Source: Chlorobiota bacterium (GTDB taxonomy: Bacteria > Bacteroidota > Ignavibacteria > Kapaibacteriales > NICIL-2). From it: a stretch of DNA of 64,000 bases. The DNA is taken from contig JBGAKH010000002.1 in NCBI GenBank assembly GCA_044224515.1, forward strand, positions 355,817 to 419,816. Direction: 5' to 3'. The translations under genes were made by a program, and so were the position numbers. How positions within the stretch are numbered: position 1 is the first letter of the stretch; every line of letters starts with the position of its first letter. Below the pieces are notes generated by a model. It made no database searches. It saw only the letters and a program-made list of their open reading frames with translations, and was not told the DNA's origin. Below are positions 38,333-47,835 of the stretch, one piece after another.

Positions 38333-38702
38333 TGAGAAGTCACGGACCATTCTTGGAGATGTTTTTATCATGCGTCTGCTTCGCAGCCGCCGGAAAAAAG
38401 GCAGTGGTCTAGACAAAAAAGCTTGATTTTGAGAAGAAAAAGGACATCGACAAGACTTTGAGAGCATGAGCTCGGTCGGGGTCGGCGTCATCAGATAAAA
38501 AAACGCCATTTTATACACCGGACTCTTTACCTCCTCTACAGTGTGGTCGATAATCCGGGAAATGGTGAGAAGTGTCGAAGACGTGTGCTTCGTCTGCAAT
38601 AAGGCAGGCGCGCTCTGCGTCGCTAGGTCGGTACGCCGATGATAGTTCATTGGCACGCTGCCCTGCCACAGCAGCATTGAACATTGTAATGAAGGTGAAA
38701 AC

Positions 38703-41222
38703 ATGGAAGGAAATTTTTCCAATAGAGTGCAAGATGTCATCCGACTCAGTCGCGAGGAAGCGCTGCGTTTAGGACATGACTACATCGGCACGGAACATTT
38801 GCTGCTGGGTATCATTCGTGAAGGTGAAGGCATCGCTGTCAAAATCCTTCGCAATCTCGGCGTGGATCTGTTTAAACTGAAGAAGTCGATTGAGGATACC
38901 GTGCGTTCCAGCAGTGGAACCTTGACCATCGGAAACATTCCCTTGACCAAGCAGGCGGAGAAGGTCTTGAAGATAACCTATCTCGAGGCCAAACTTTATA
39001 AGTCTGACGTTATCGGAACAGAGCACTTGTTGTTGTCCTTGCTTCGCGATGAAGACAATATTGCGGCGCAGATTCTCTCGCAGTTCAGTGTGAGTTATGA
39101 TGCCGTACGCAAGGAGCTCGACAATATCATTAGTGGTAAGCCTAGTTCTCCCTCGCAGCGCGAACGCAGCACCACAGGAAGCGGTCGTGGCAAAAAAGAA
39201 TCGAGTGAACGTATCAAGACCCCTGTTCTCGACAATTTCGGTCGCGATCTGACCAAGCTTGCCGTTGAAGGCAAGTTGGATCCCGTGATCGGTCGCGAGA
39301 AAGAAATCGAGCGCGTGGCTCAAGTGTTGTCGCGCCGTAAGAAAAACAACCCTGTACTCATCGGCGAACCCGGTGTAGGTAAAACAGCAGTTGTTGAAGG
39401 ATTGGCTCTTCGCATTATCGAAAAGAAAGTATCGCGCGTACTCTTTGACAAGCGTATTGTAACATTGGATTTGGCTGCTTTGGTAGCCGGAACCAAGTAT
39501 CGAGGACAATTCGAAGAACGCATGAAGGCCGTGATGAATGAGCTCGAGAAGGCCAAGGATGTGATTTTGTTTATCGACGAAATTCATACCATCGTTGGTG
39601 CGGGTGGAGCTTCCGGTTCTTTAGATGCCTCGAACATGTTTAAACCGGCGTTGTCGCGCGGCGACATCCAATGTATCGGTGCCACAACACTCGACGAGTA
39701 TCGTCAGTACATTGAGAAAGACGGCGCCTTGGATCGTCGTTTTCAGAAGATCATGGTTGAGCCACCGAGTGTTGACGAGGCAGTGCAAATCCTCAGCAAC
39801 ATTAAGGAGCGTTACGAAGAGCATCACAACGTTCGCTATACCGATGGTGCAGTGAACCAGTGCGTCAAGTTAGCGGATCGTTATATCACGGACCGCTTCC
39901 TTCCCGACAAAGCAATTGATGTTTTGGATGAGGCCGGTGCACGCGTGCACTTGTCGAACATCTCTGTGCCAAAAGAAGTTTTGGAGCTCGAAGCCAAAAT
40001 TGAAGATGTGCGTAAACAAAAGAACGATGTCGTAAAATCTCAGAACTTTGAAGAAGCAGCTCGCTTACGCGACCTTGAAAAGCGCTTGCAAGCAGAGCTC
40101 GAAACAGCCAAAGAAGAGTGGGAAACCAAGTCAGCCGAAATGGTCTTCACCGTGGATGAAGAAAACGTAGCCGATGTGGTTGCATCGATGACCGGAATTC
40201 CGGTGAATCGCATTGCCGAAAGTGAATCAGCCAAGCTTCTGAAGATGGGCGATGAACTAAAAGGTGTGGTGATCGGACAAGACGAAGCGGTGCAGCAACT
40301 CAGCAAAGCTATTCGCAGATCACGTGCAGGTTTGAAGGATCCATCACGTCCGATTGCGTCCTTTATGTTCCTCGGACCAACCGGCGTAGGTAAGACAGAA
40401 TTGGTTAAAGCGTTGTCGCGCTATATGTTCAACTCTGAAGAAGCCCTTATTCGCATCGACATGAGCGAGTATATGGAAAAATTCAGCGTGTCACGTCTTG
40501 TCGGTGCACCTCCGGGCTATGTAGGCTATGAAGAAGGCGGTCAATTGACCGAGAAGGTTCGTCGTAAACCCTACAGCATTGTCCTCCTCGACGAAATCGA
40601 AAAAGCGCATCCGGATGTATTCAACATCCTCCTGCAGGTATTCGATGATGGTATTTTAACGGATGGCCTTGGTCGCCGCGTTGACTTTAAGAACACCATC
40701 ATCATCATGACATCGAACGTAGGCGTTCGCGACGTCAAGGCCGGAGGCCGAATCGGCTTCTCATCGAACGACACCGGCAACGATAAGTACGAAGCAATGA
40801 AGAGCACGGTTGAAGAGTCGATGAAGCGTCTCTTTAATCCCGAGTTTCTCAATCGTATCGACGACTACATCATCTTCCGTCACCTGAGCAAAGACGACAT
40901 CTACAAGATCATCGATCTTCAAATGGCACGTCTACTCAAACGCATGGAGTCCAACGGCATGAGCATTGAACTTGCAAAGTCAGCCAAAGACTTCTTGGTA
41001 GAAAAGGGATATGACGAGAAGTACGGCGCACGTCCGCTTCGCCGAGCTCTGCAACGTCACATCGAAGATGAGCTTGCAGAAGAAGTGCTTAAAGGCACTC
41101 TCAAAGAAGGCATGAAGATTAAAGTGAAATTCGACAAGAAAGCCAACAAATTGGTCTTCAGCGAAGTCAAACAAAAAGAAGCCGAGGAAATCACCGAAAG
41201 CGATGAAAACTCAGCTGAATAG
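38703..41222 (+). CDS. clpC: ATP-dependent Clp protease ATP-binding subunit ClpC (class III Hsp100, two AAA+ modules, UVR-like linker)
   Basis: Clp N-domain repeats. NBD1 Walker [13 protein letters not shown]-like [18 protein letters not shown]2 Walker [11 protein letters not shown]-terminal ClpB_D2-small. No long M-domain coiled coil, so ClpC rather than ClpB. Confidence 0.9.
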   Translation: MEGNFSNRVQDVIRLSREEALRLGHDYIGTEHLLLGIIREGEGIAVKILRNLGVDLFKLKKSIEDTVRSSSGTLTIGNIPLTKQAEKVLKITYLEAKLYKSDVIGTEHLLLSLLRDEDNIAAQILSQFSVSYDAVRKELDNIISGKPSSPSQRERSTTGSGRGKKESSERIKTPVLDNFGRDLTKLAVEGKLDPVIGREKEIERVAQVLSRRKKNNPVLIGEPGVGKTAVVEGLALRIIEKKVSRVLFDKRIVTLDLAALVAGTKYRGQFEERMKAVMNELEKAKDVILFIDEIHTIVGAGGASGSLDASNMFKPALSRGDIQCIGATTLDEYRQYIEKDGALDRRFQKIMVEPPSVDEAVQILSNIKERYEEHHNVRYTDGAVNQCVKLADRYITDRFLPDKAIDVLDEAGARVHLSNISVPKEVLELEAKIEDVRKQKNDVVKSQNFEEAARLRDLEKRLQAELETAKEEWETKSAEMVFTVDEENVADVVASMTGIPVNRIAESESAKLLKMGDELKGVVIGQDEAVQQLSKAIRRSRAGLKDPSRPIASFMFLGPTGVGKTELVKALSRYMFNSEEALIRIDMSEYMEKFSVSRLVGAPPGYVGYEEGGQLTEKVRRKPYSIVLLDEIEKAHPDVFNILLQVFDDGILTDGLGRRVDFKNTIIIMTSNVGVRDVKAGGRIGFSSNDTGNDKYEAMKSTVEESMKRLFNPEFLNRIDDYIIFRHLSKDDIYKIIDLQMARLLKRMESNGMSIELAKSAKDFLVEKGYDEKYGARPLRRALQRHIEDELAEEVLKGTLKEGMKIKVKFDKKANKLVFSEVKQKEAEEITESDENSAE

Positions 41223-41230
41223 TACAAGAA

Positions 41231-41258
41231 AAACCCGGCCAATGAACCGGGTTTTTTG
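41231..41258. terminator. Rho-independent terminator after clpC (shared with the convergent gene)
   Basis: AAACCCGG ccaatgaa CCGGGTTT (8-bp perfect stem), followed by TTTT. Confidence 0.75.
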
Positions 41259-41342
41259 TTTGTGCTATGGTGTGGGCGAATCATGAAGCGTCAGTAGCCT
41301 GCACATAGGAGCGCACTATCTCGCATCGGCCTCTACGCCTCA

Positions 41343-42155
41343 CTACAATCTGATTTCTAATCCTAGGTGTATGCGAAGGAAGTCGATGGTGCGAGCTGCG
41401 TCACTTGGATCATCCGGATTTTTCGCGTCATTGAGTTCGCGTTCGTACAAGTCGTCTTTGGGTGCTTGCTGAGTGAAAGGAACATAGCTTTTACCGAGTA
41501 GGTTGATGAGCATGTATTCAGCACCACCGGCAATCACAATAGCCGTTCCCGGCAAGGTATAGCATAAACCTAGGTCGGCGCTTGCACCTATACGTCCCAC
41601 ATAGGGAACCTTTGTGGTTGTTGTGAACGCAAAGTCGTTCGGGAAAACCGTTGTTACCCGCGTATGTCCTCCTACCATCGATGCAAGGATAGCGCCTTTT
41701 ACGTAGACGTTAAAGGCCTGATCGCGACTCCGGAGATCATACTCTGCTCCGAGTTGAAGGCTCCAGATATTCATTTCCGCTTCGTCGCGAGGCCAGCTGT
41801 CTGAATTCCTAACAGGCGCCAGAGTATCGCTAAAAAACCTGCTGTAGTAAAAGCCAAAGAACAGAGCGCTCCGATTGTTTTCGAGCACATAGCTCAGTTG
41901 AGAGCTTAGGCTACGAGCTGACGCGACTTCGGAGGGACGGAATGGATATCCTTTACTATTGTAACTCAAATAGAGATCTCTGCGAAACTCCGCTATACTC
42001 TCACGCATCGACTGCGATACTGCGATGTTCTCGCTATACGACAAGTTGAAGGCGAAGCGATGCAGCGTCGAATCTCCTGCATAGAGAGAGGTGCATGCGA
42101 GTAAGCACAGGTTCAGAACGATATAGACGGCATGAGTTGTGCTCAGTGTTTTCAT
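41343..42155 (-). CDS. Secreted hypothetical protein (beta-rich, probably outer-membrane) downstream of the ECF sigma/anti-sigma pair
   Basis: Signal peptide MKTLSTTHAVYIVLNLCLLACTSLYA. No domain recognised. Confidence 0.4.
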   Translation of the reverse strand: MKTLSTTHAVYIVLNLCLLACTSLYAGDSTLHRFAFNLSYSENIAVSQSMRESIAEFRRDLYLSYNSKGYPFRPSEVASARSLSSQLSYVLENNRSALFFGFYYSRFFSDTLAPVRNSDSWPRDEAEMNIWSLQLGAEYDLRSRDQAFNVYVKGAILASMVGGHTRVTTVFPNDFAFTTTTKVPYVGRIGASADLGLCYTLPGTAIVIAGGAEYMLINLLGKSYVPFTQQAPKDDLYERELNDAKNPDDPSDAARTIDFLRIHLGLEIRL

Positions 42156-42225
42156 TGGACACCGTGTTAGTGGTTATAGCGAGTTGACGTTGAAGTGTGT
42201 TGATCGATGCCTTGGAATCGTTGGA

Positions 42226-43530
42226 TTACAAACTGAAACGTAATCCAACACTGAGTCCGGTTTTTGAACTACAGTGTACTTTAGAACGTAAAAGGTACTG
42301 AGCAAGGGTTGACTCCACTGCAGCCTGAACAGAAACTCCTTGGATTGGCGAATAGTCTATGCCTGTGCTGAGCTTGAGCAATGCTCCAAGCTGTGAGGCA
42401 CCAAGGCCCACCTGCACATAGGGATGTGTTGATGAGGTATAGAACGTTGGATCAAGTTCGTAACGAAACAGAGCCGTTGCGTAGGTAATGCTCGCAAATC
42501 TCAATTTTCCTTCCGCACGGGCTTCATGGGCGTCCATAAGCTCTTCTTGTCCGAGTTCAATACCAAACTCTTGACCAAGTCCCACGGGACGACTTAACGC
42601 GAGCGCACAATTCGAAGAGGAGCTGAGATCATCAGCGAGTGGACTCGGACCACCGATGTATCCAAGACCAACGAAGCGTCGAAGGTTGAGCGAAAAGCCT
42701 GTGGCGGGGCATTCCTGATAAACCAAGCGCGGTACGCTCACAAAAGCCAGGCTGTTCGAAGAGGCTTGTGGCGACTCATCCATGAGACCTTCGCGTCGGG
42801 AAATGGGTTGCGATTCGTAAACACTAATACGATCTTCATCAGCCGTCGAAGTAGTTTCATTAGGCGAGTCCTTCAGCGCCAAAGCAACGGTGGGAGTGGA
42901 CTCATAAGTCATGGTCTCTCGAACACTACTTCGCTTGCCTCCCTCTCGCGAAAGGTGTACTGCATAGCGTTGACCGAAGCTCGCGCCTCTCTCGCTACCG
43001 GCATCGTTCGGATTACTCGACATGGCTTGGCTGCGTAAAGAGCTTGATGTGGTAGAGAATTCAGATTTTGATGTGGTAGAGAATTCTGTCTTGGATGAAG
43101 CAGACAAGTCCCTGTCAGTCGAAGCAGAGAAATTGGAGCCGGATGATGTGTAGAGCGATGAAGCGACCATCAGACTGCAAACAGAACTAAGCAGCGCTGT
43201 TGCCACATATGGATAGATGGTGCTCCACAATGTAGAGAGCGCAGCACTCGAGCTTGAAAGAGCAGGCGCAATACTCGCTACACTAAAGGACTTAGCGTTT
43301 AGACGAAGACCTGCTTTTTCAAATATGCTTTCAACATTCGGCTCGGGAAGAGTTGAATTCGAGCGCGACAAGAGTGCGTGGCGGGTAAGCCGTAGAACTT
43401 CATTGAATTCAAGGCGCAGGCTTTCGTTTTGAGCGAGTGCCGCAAAGACCGATGAACTTTGTGATGCCGACAGTTCGCCATCCAGAAGTTCATAGATCTT
43501 GGTGTGTGAATCGTCGTAGAAGTCTTCCAT
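42226..43530 (-). CDS. Putative anti-sigma factor: N-terminal anti-sigma domain, one TM helix, Ser/Thr-rich linker, C-terminal beta-rich domain
   Basis: Lies 3 bp downstream of the ECF sigma gene. N-terminal YELLDGELSASQ...LRLEFNEVLRLTRHAL is the typical RskA/ChrR-like sigma-binding region. TM segment IYPYVATALLSSVCSLMVASSL. A long S/T-rich tract follows. Confidence 0.55.
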   Translation of the reverse strand: MEDFYDDSHTKIYELLDGELSASQSSSVFAALAQNESLRLEFNEVLRLTRHALLSRSNSTLPEPNVESIFEKAGLRLNAKSFSVASIAPALSSSSAALSTLWSTIYPYVATALLSSVCSLMVASSLYTSSGSNFSASTDRDLSASSKTEFSTTSKSEFSTTSSSLRSQAMSSNPNDAGSERGASFGQRYAVHLSREGGKRSSVRETMTYESTPTVALALKDSPNETTSTADEDRISVYESQPISRREGLMDESPQASSNSLAFVSVPRLVYQECPATGFSLNLRRFVGLGYIGGPSPLADDLSSSSNCALALSRPVGLGQEFGIELGQEELMDAHEARAEGKLRFASITYATALFRYELDPTFYTSSTHPYVQVGLGASQLGALLKLSTGIDYSPIQGVSVQAAVESTLAQYLLRSKVHCSSKTGLSVGLRFSL

Positions 43531-43533
43531 AAG

Positions 43534-44112
43534 CTAGTGATTGAAATGTCTGTGGGATTCTAAAAGTTCACGTAGACGTGTCTTTGCACGTACAATACGG
43601 TTGCGTACGGTACTGAGAGGAACTTCGCAGACCTCTGCGATTTCTTGGTACGACAAGCCGTTGAACATCTGGAGAATTACCGCCTCGCGTTGTTCTTCAC
43701 TGAGCAATCGGAGTGCAGCATGTAGATGCGTGCTCATTTCTTCTGATTGTAGGGAAGAGGCGGCGCTTTCTTCAGGAAATTGAACGAGTTCCGAGATGTC
43801 GTCAGGAGTGATATACTCTGTTCGAGTGCGTCTGTTAATGTTGAGACATCGATTGCGAGCCATTCGAAACAGCAGAGCCGGAAGGTTCCCGATGTTGTCG
43901 ACTTCTTGGACATATCGCAAGAGGTCGACAAAGGTCTCCTGCAATACATCCTCTGCTTGATGCGAACCGTTTAGGATACGCTGGGCATAGGTAAAGACTG
44001 AACGTGCATGACGTCGGTAGATCTCGCGAAAGACCTCTTCACGATGCTGTGATCGGCTCCGTAGATATCCGATAAGCTCCGAGTCTGTATGGGTAGAGAA
44101 TCTTCGTGTCAT
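43534..44112 (-). CDS. ECF (group IV) RNA polymerase sigma-70 factor
   Basis: Region 2 (FREIYRRHARSVFTYAQRIL...EDVLQETFVDLLRY) and region 4 (LSEEQREAVILQMFNGLSYQEIAEVCEVPLSTVRNRIVRAKTRLRELL). Confidence 0.85.
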   Translation of the reverse strand: MTRRFSTHTDSELIGYLRSRSQHREEVFREIYRRHARSVFTYAQRILNGSHQAEDVLQETFVDLLRYVQEVDNIGNLPALLFRMARNRCLNINRRTRTEYITPDDISELVQFPEESAASSLQSEEMSTHLHAALRLLSEEQREAVILQMFNGLSYQEIAEVCEVPLSTVRNRIVRAKTRLRELLESHRHFNH

Positions 44113-44303
44113 TAGGCACTGAATAGGAACACAAGCTCTCGTTTTGTTTCAGGATAACCCGTGCAGAGGCGTAAAATAGTAGTCCTTTCCATGCACGCGC
44201 ATGCAGGAGCGCACACTCAAGCGCATTCATGCGCGCACGATTTCACCCGCATGCACACACTCGATGATCTTAGGAAAAAAAACTGTAACTCAGTATCGGC
44301 TTC

Positions 44304-45974
44304 TTATTCAATCACCACGACGCGGGAAATGAGGCGTCCGTCTATCAAGCCGTGAAGGAGTGCCAGGTGCTCCCCTTGCGCGTCTTCGCGCCGGAGTAGT
44401 AGTGTGCTCTCGACAGAACCGTGTTCGATGCGAGATGCCAGATCGCAGAGTACCACGCCATGCAGTGAATACAAATGCAGGTGTTGGACAGTTGTGATTG
44501 GAGTTCCAAAGTGTACTGTTGTTGAGTGTTGGAGAGGATGCGGATTGAGATGCAAGGTTGCGGCGCTTTGTTGTTGTTCGATGCCGACGGTGGCGCAGTT
44601 GCTAATGAAGGCTGTGCTTTCATCCTGGTTGTCCATGCTAACACGCAGCACGAAAGTTGAGGGAGGCGTCGAGCTACGCGTATAGCGGAAACGCAGAGTG
44701 CGCAGACTGTGAGGAGCCAGTGCTTCCACGGTATCATCCGCCACGAGTTGGAGTTGAGGTTGATCGATACTAAGAGTACTGATGCGTCGTGTTTGCGACG
44801 ATTGATTGACCAGCGAAGCTGTCCACTCTGCGGTATCGAGACTGAAGTCACATACCATACTCGAGCTCAAGAAGTGCGTGGTGTTTTTCTGTGCATCACC
44901 GATGAAATCCAGACGTTCTACAAATTCCGGGTGATCTACAAGAGGGTTACGTTTAGCCTGGTAGCGTGCAATCGTATCGCAGCGAGCATGCTCACGCTCG
45001 TCCGGAGGATCCATTTGATTCCAGATGCGTAGATCGTGATCCATGGAATAGGGTGAGGTGTAGTATCCGGTGAGATTTCCGTATCGGAGCAGATAATAAA
45101 AGATGCTTCGTGCGATGTTGCCTTTGCTGACGGTGCGAGGTTCAAAGACGGTGTCTCCTTTGGCGGTAAAACCTAAGCGAGACCCACCGCCGGCGTCTTT
45201 CCATACTTTGACAATTGTTCCAAAAGGAAAATTCGCGCGCATGGAGTTTGCGTTTGGATTCGTCGGGTACAGGTGATTCACATCACTTTGCATGGGGTCG
45301 ACGGACGAACCACGACTCTGCACCCAGGTATGTTCGGTATTGAATTCACCGTTGGGAGGAATGCCAACCGTGTAGATCTTCTTTCCGGTGTAGATGCACT
45401 CCACGGAGTCATTGACGTTGTCTGCTTTTCCAAACATCATTTGACGGGCGGGCTTATAACCGAGCGAGGTATGATTTACCACCATTGCGTGCAGACTGTC
45501 GTAGAGAGCAGAGTATTCGAGGTTGTATGTTGTTAGGTAGTCCGTGCTCGTACCGGAACCATACAGCAGGATGTCTTTGGAAAGCTCTGTGCAGCCCACA
45601 AGCATGCGCATGCGCAGCCAGCCTCGCAAGTCCACGTTGTGACGTGCTTTTATTGTTATCTCAATCTGCACGCTGTGTCCGGCCTCGATGATCGTTTGCG
45701 AAGTGATATTCGTCGAAACTTCCATGGCGAAGTACGAGGTAGAACCGATGTACTGTGGAGGATACAACAATGCGGCACTCGAACTGTTGTTGGAGACCGG
45801 GAAGGATCGAAGCACACTTGTTCCGAGATCGACACGCCCAACTTCAATGCTGTCCGGAAGCTCAATCCATGGTCCCTTAAACACTGACGCAGCAGAAAGC
45901 GACACATCCAAAACGCAACCCAGCGTAAGGGTCAGACAAAGAAGCTGTAATCGAAGTACCTGAGTGGTTTTCAT
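44304..45974 (-). CDS. T9SS-secreted extracellular endonuclease I family nuclease (signal peptide, Endonuclease_1 domain, C-terminal sorting domain)
   Basis: Signal peptide MKTTQVLRLQLLCLTLTLGCVL. The NTEHTWVQSRG (EHxxP-type), NPNANSMRANFPFG, IFYYLLRYGN, DTIARYQAKRNPLVDHPEF motifs fit EndA/Endonuclease I. The C-terminal ~90 aa are beta-rich and T9SS CTD-like. Confidence 0.7.
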   Translation of the reverse strand: MKTTQVLRLQLLCLTLTLGCVLDVSLSAASVFKGPWIELPDSIEVGRVDLGTSVLRSFPVSNNSSSAALLYPPQYIGSTSYFAMEVSTNITSQTIIEAGHSVQIEITIKARHNVDLRGWLRMRMLVGCTELSKDILLYGSGTSTDYLTTYNLEYSALYDSLHAMVVNHTSLGYKPARQMMFGKADNVNDSVECIYTGKKIYTVGIPPNGEFNTEHTWVQSRGSSVDPMQSDVNHLYPTNPNANSMRANFPFGTIVKVWKDAGGGSRLGFTAKGDTVFEPRTVSKGNIARSIFYYLLRYGNLTGYYTSPYSMDHDLRIWNQMDPPDEREHARCDTIARYQAKRNPLVDHPEFVERLDFIGDAQKNTTHFLSSSMVCDFSLDTAEWTASLVNQSSQTRRISTLSIDQPQLQLVADDTVEALAPHSLRTLRFRYTRSSTPPSTFVLRVSMDNQDESTAFISNCATVGIEQQQSAATLHLNPHPLQHSTTVHFGTPITTVQHLHLYSLHGVVLCDLASRIEHGSVESTLLLRREDAQGEHLALLHGLIDGRLISRVVVIE

Positions 45975-46309
45975 AAGATTCCTTGAGTTAGCGTGAGTTA
46001 GCGAGACATCACGGGCGTCAGCGTGATTTGCCGGAGTTTGTTTCATATTCTTCATGAGCATTCGCCGAGCGACGGTAGTCGTTCGTCACGGATCCGATAT
46101 AGGCTTCCCGAGATTCAGGATGCCCGAACACGATTTCTTCCGATTCGTTGGTGCCCGCGAGGAGAAGACGCAAAATACGTCGAAAACACAGTGTTTTTTG
46201 GGTAGAATCGTCGACCCACGGGTCAGAAATGCTCGCTGCCATCACGCGGAAAACCTTGCCAAAGACCTCCTTCTCCTTATTTTGCGGGTTCATTATGCAG
46301 GAATATTCC

Positions 46310-47557
46310 ATGAAGCGAGTAGTCATTACCGGTCTTGGGGCACTGACGCCCATTGGAAACACGGTGACTGAGTATTGGGAGGGATTGCGTAGCGGTCGCA
46401 GCGGTGCTGCACCTATTACGCACTTTGATGCCACTAAATTCCGCACACGCTTTGCGTGTGAAGTCAAGGGATTCGAAGCATCCAACTTCATGGATCGTCG
46501 CGAAATCGGACGCACCGACCTCTTCTGTCAATACGCTCTTGCCTGCGCGCAAGAGGCTGTGGCAGATTCGGGAATGAATTTGGATACCGTTGACAAAAAC
46601 CGCATCGGTGTTATTTGGTCCTCCGGTATTGGTGGTCTCATCACACTGGAAGAACAAATCTCGAACTTCCTCAAGGGTGATGGAACTCCGCGCTATAGTC
46701 CATTTTTTATTCCCAAGATGATTAGTGATATGGGTGCGGGACTCATCAGCATTCGCTATGGTTTCCGCGGACCGAACTTCTGTACGGTTTCGGCCTGTTC
46801 AAGTTCATCACACGGCATATTGGATGCCTACAACTACATTCGTCTCGGAAAAGCAAATGCTATTCTCGCAGGTGGAAGTGAAGGCGTCGTTACACCTTCG
46901 GCAATCGGTGGCTTCAATGCGATGAAAGCACTGAGCGAGCGTAATGATTCACCGGAAAGCGCTTCACGTCCTTTCGATAAAAACCGTGACGGATTTGTAC
47001 TTGGTGAAGGCGCGGGTGCAATCATGCTTGAGGAACTCGAACATGCTTTGAATCGTGGCGCGCGTATCTATGCTGAAATTGTTGGCGGTGGTGCTACCGG
47101 TGATGCCTATCACATTACTGCCGGCCATCCCGAAGGATTAGGTGTTATCCTGGCAATCGAAGAAACCTTGCGTGAAGCACAATTGGCGCCGTCCGACGTA
47201 GACTATATCAACCTGCACGCAACCTCTACACCTGTTGGCGATCCCGCTGAAGCAGCTGCCATCATCAATGTCTTTGGCGAACATCTCGACCGCTTGCACG
47301 TCAGTGGCACCAAATCGATGACGGGTCACCTCCTGGGTGCTGCGGGCGCAATTGAAGCAGTTGCAGGCGTTCTTGCCATGCACCACAACACTGTTCCTCC
47401 CACGATTAATATTGAGGAGCGCGATGAAGCGGTGGATGCTCGATTGAACGTAACGGCGAATACCGCGGTACAAAAAGAGATAAACGTTGTGATGAGTAAC
47501 ACCTTCGGTTTTGGTGGACACAACGCAGTGATCGCTTTCAAACGTTTTGCTAACTAA
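46310..47557 (+). CDS. fabF: 3-oxoacyl-[acyl-carrier-protein] synthase II
   Basis: KAS II pattern: MKRVVITGLG, active-site Cys in VSACSSSSHGI, His-His motifs HATSTPVGD and GHLLGAAGA, FGFGGHNA. ATG at 46310; the track extends to 46148. Confidence 0.9.
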   Translation: MKRVVITGLGALTPIGNTVTEYWEGLRSGRSGAAPITHFDATKFRTRFACEVKGFEASNFMDRREIGRTDLFCQYALACAQEAVADSGMNLDTVDKNRIGVIWSSGIGGLITLEEQISNFLKGDGTPRYSPFFIPKMISDMGAGLISIRYGFRGPNFCTVSACSSSSHGILDAYNYIRLGKANAILAGGSEGVVTPSAIGGFNAMKALSERNDSPESASRPFDKNRDGFVLGEGAGAIMLEELEHALNRGARIYAEIVGGGATGDAYHITAGHPEGLGVILAIEETLREAQLAPSDVDYINLHATSTPVGDPAEAAAIINVFGEHLDRLHVSGTKSMTGHLLGAAGAIEAVAGVLAMHHNTVPPTINIEERDEAVDARLNVTANTAVQKEINVVMSNTFGFGGHNAVIAFKRFAN

Positions 47558-47835
47558 GTGTTGGCGAGATAGCGAGAAGTGTAGTCAACAGTAGCGGACG
47601 TTGGATACACTTGCTTATCGGTACGTACATAGGAGTGCGGTCCGCCGGTTGAAGCCCAATCGTTTTTCTCTTCATAAGCAAGGCGCAGCGAAGCTGCGCC
47701 CTGATAAAAAGTCCCCTGAACGTGCCCGCTGCCCATACCTTAGGTGTGGTGAGAAGTACATCCCTTGGCATACCAAGTTCTCCTTATAGTCCGGGTGAGA
47801 GAGTCACTAAGTTCTTCATTCATTAGCCAATTTCT

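Noticed and set aside
46148-46309. N-terminal extensions proposed by the ORF track for several genes (fabF from 46148, PD40 lipoprotein from 22324, 34183, 35598, 25369, 26400, 9314, 36683)
   Set aside because: The extensions begin at GTG/TTG codons and precede clear signal peptides or conserved N-termini. They also overlap upstream genes. Internal ATG starts that place the signal peptide or conserved motif at the N-terminus were preferred.
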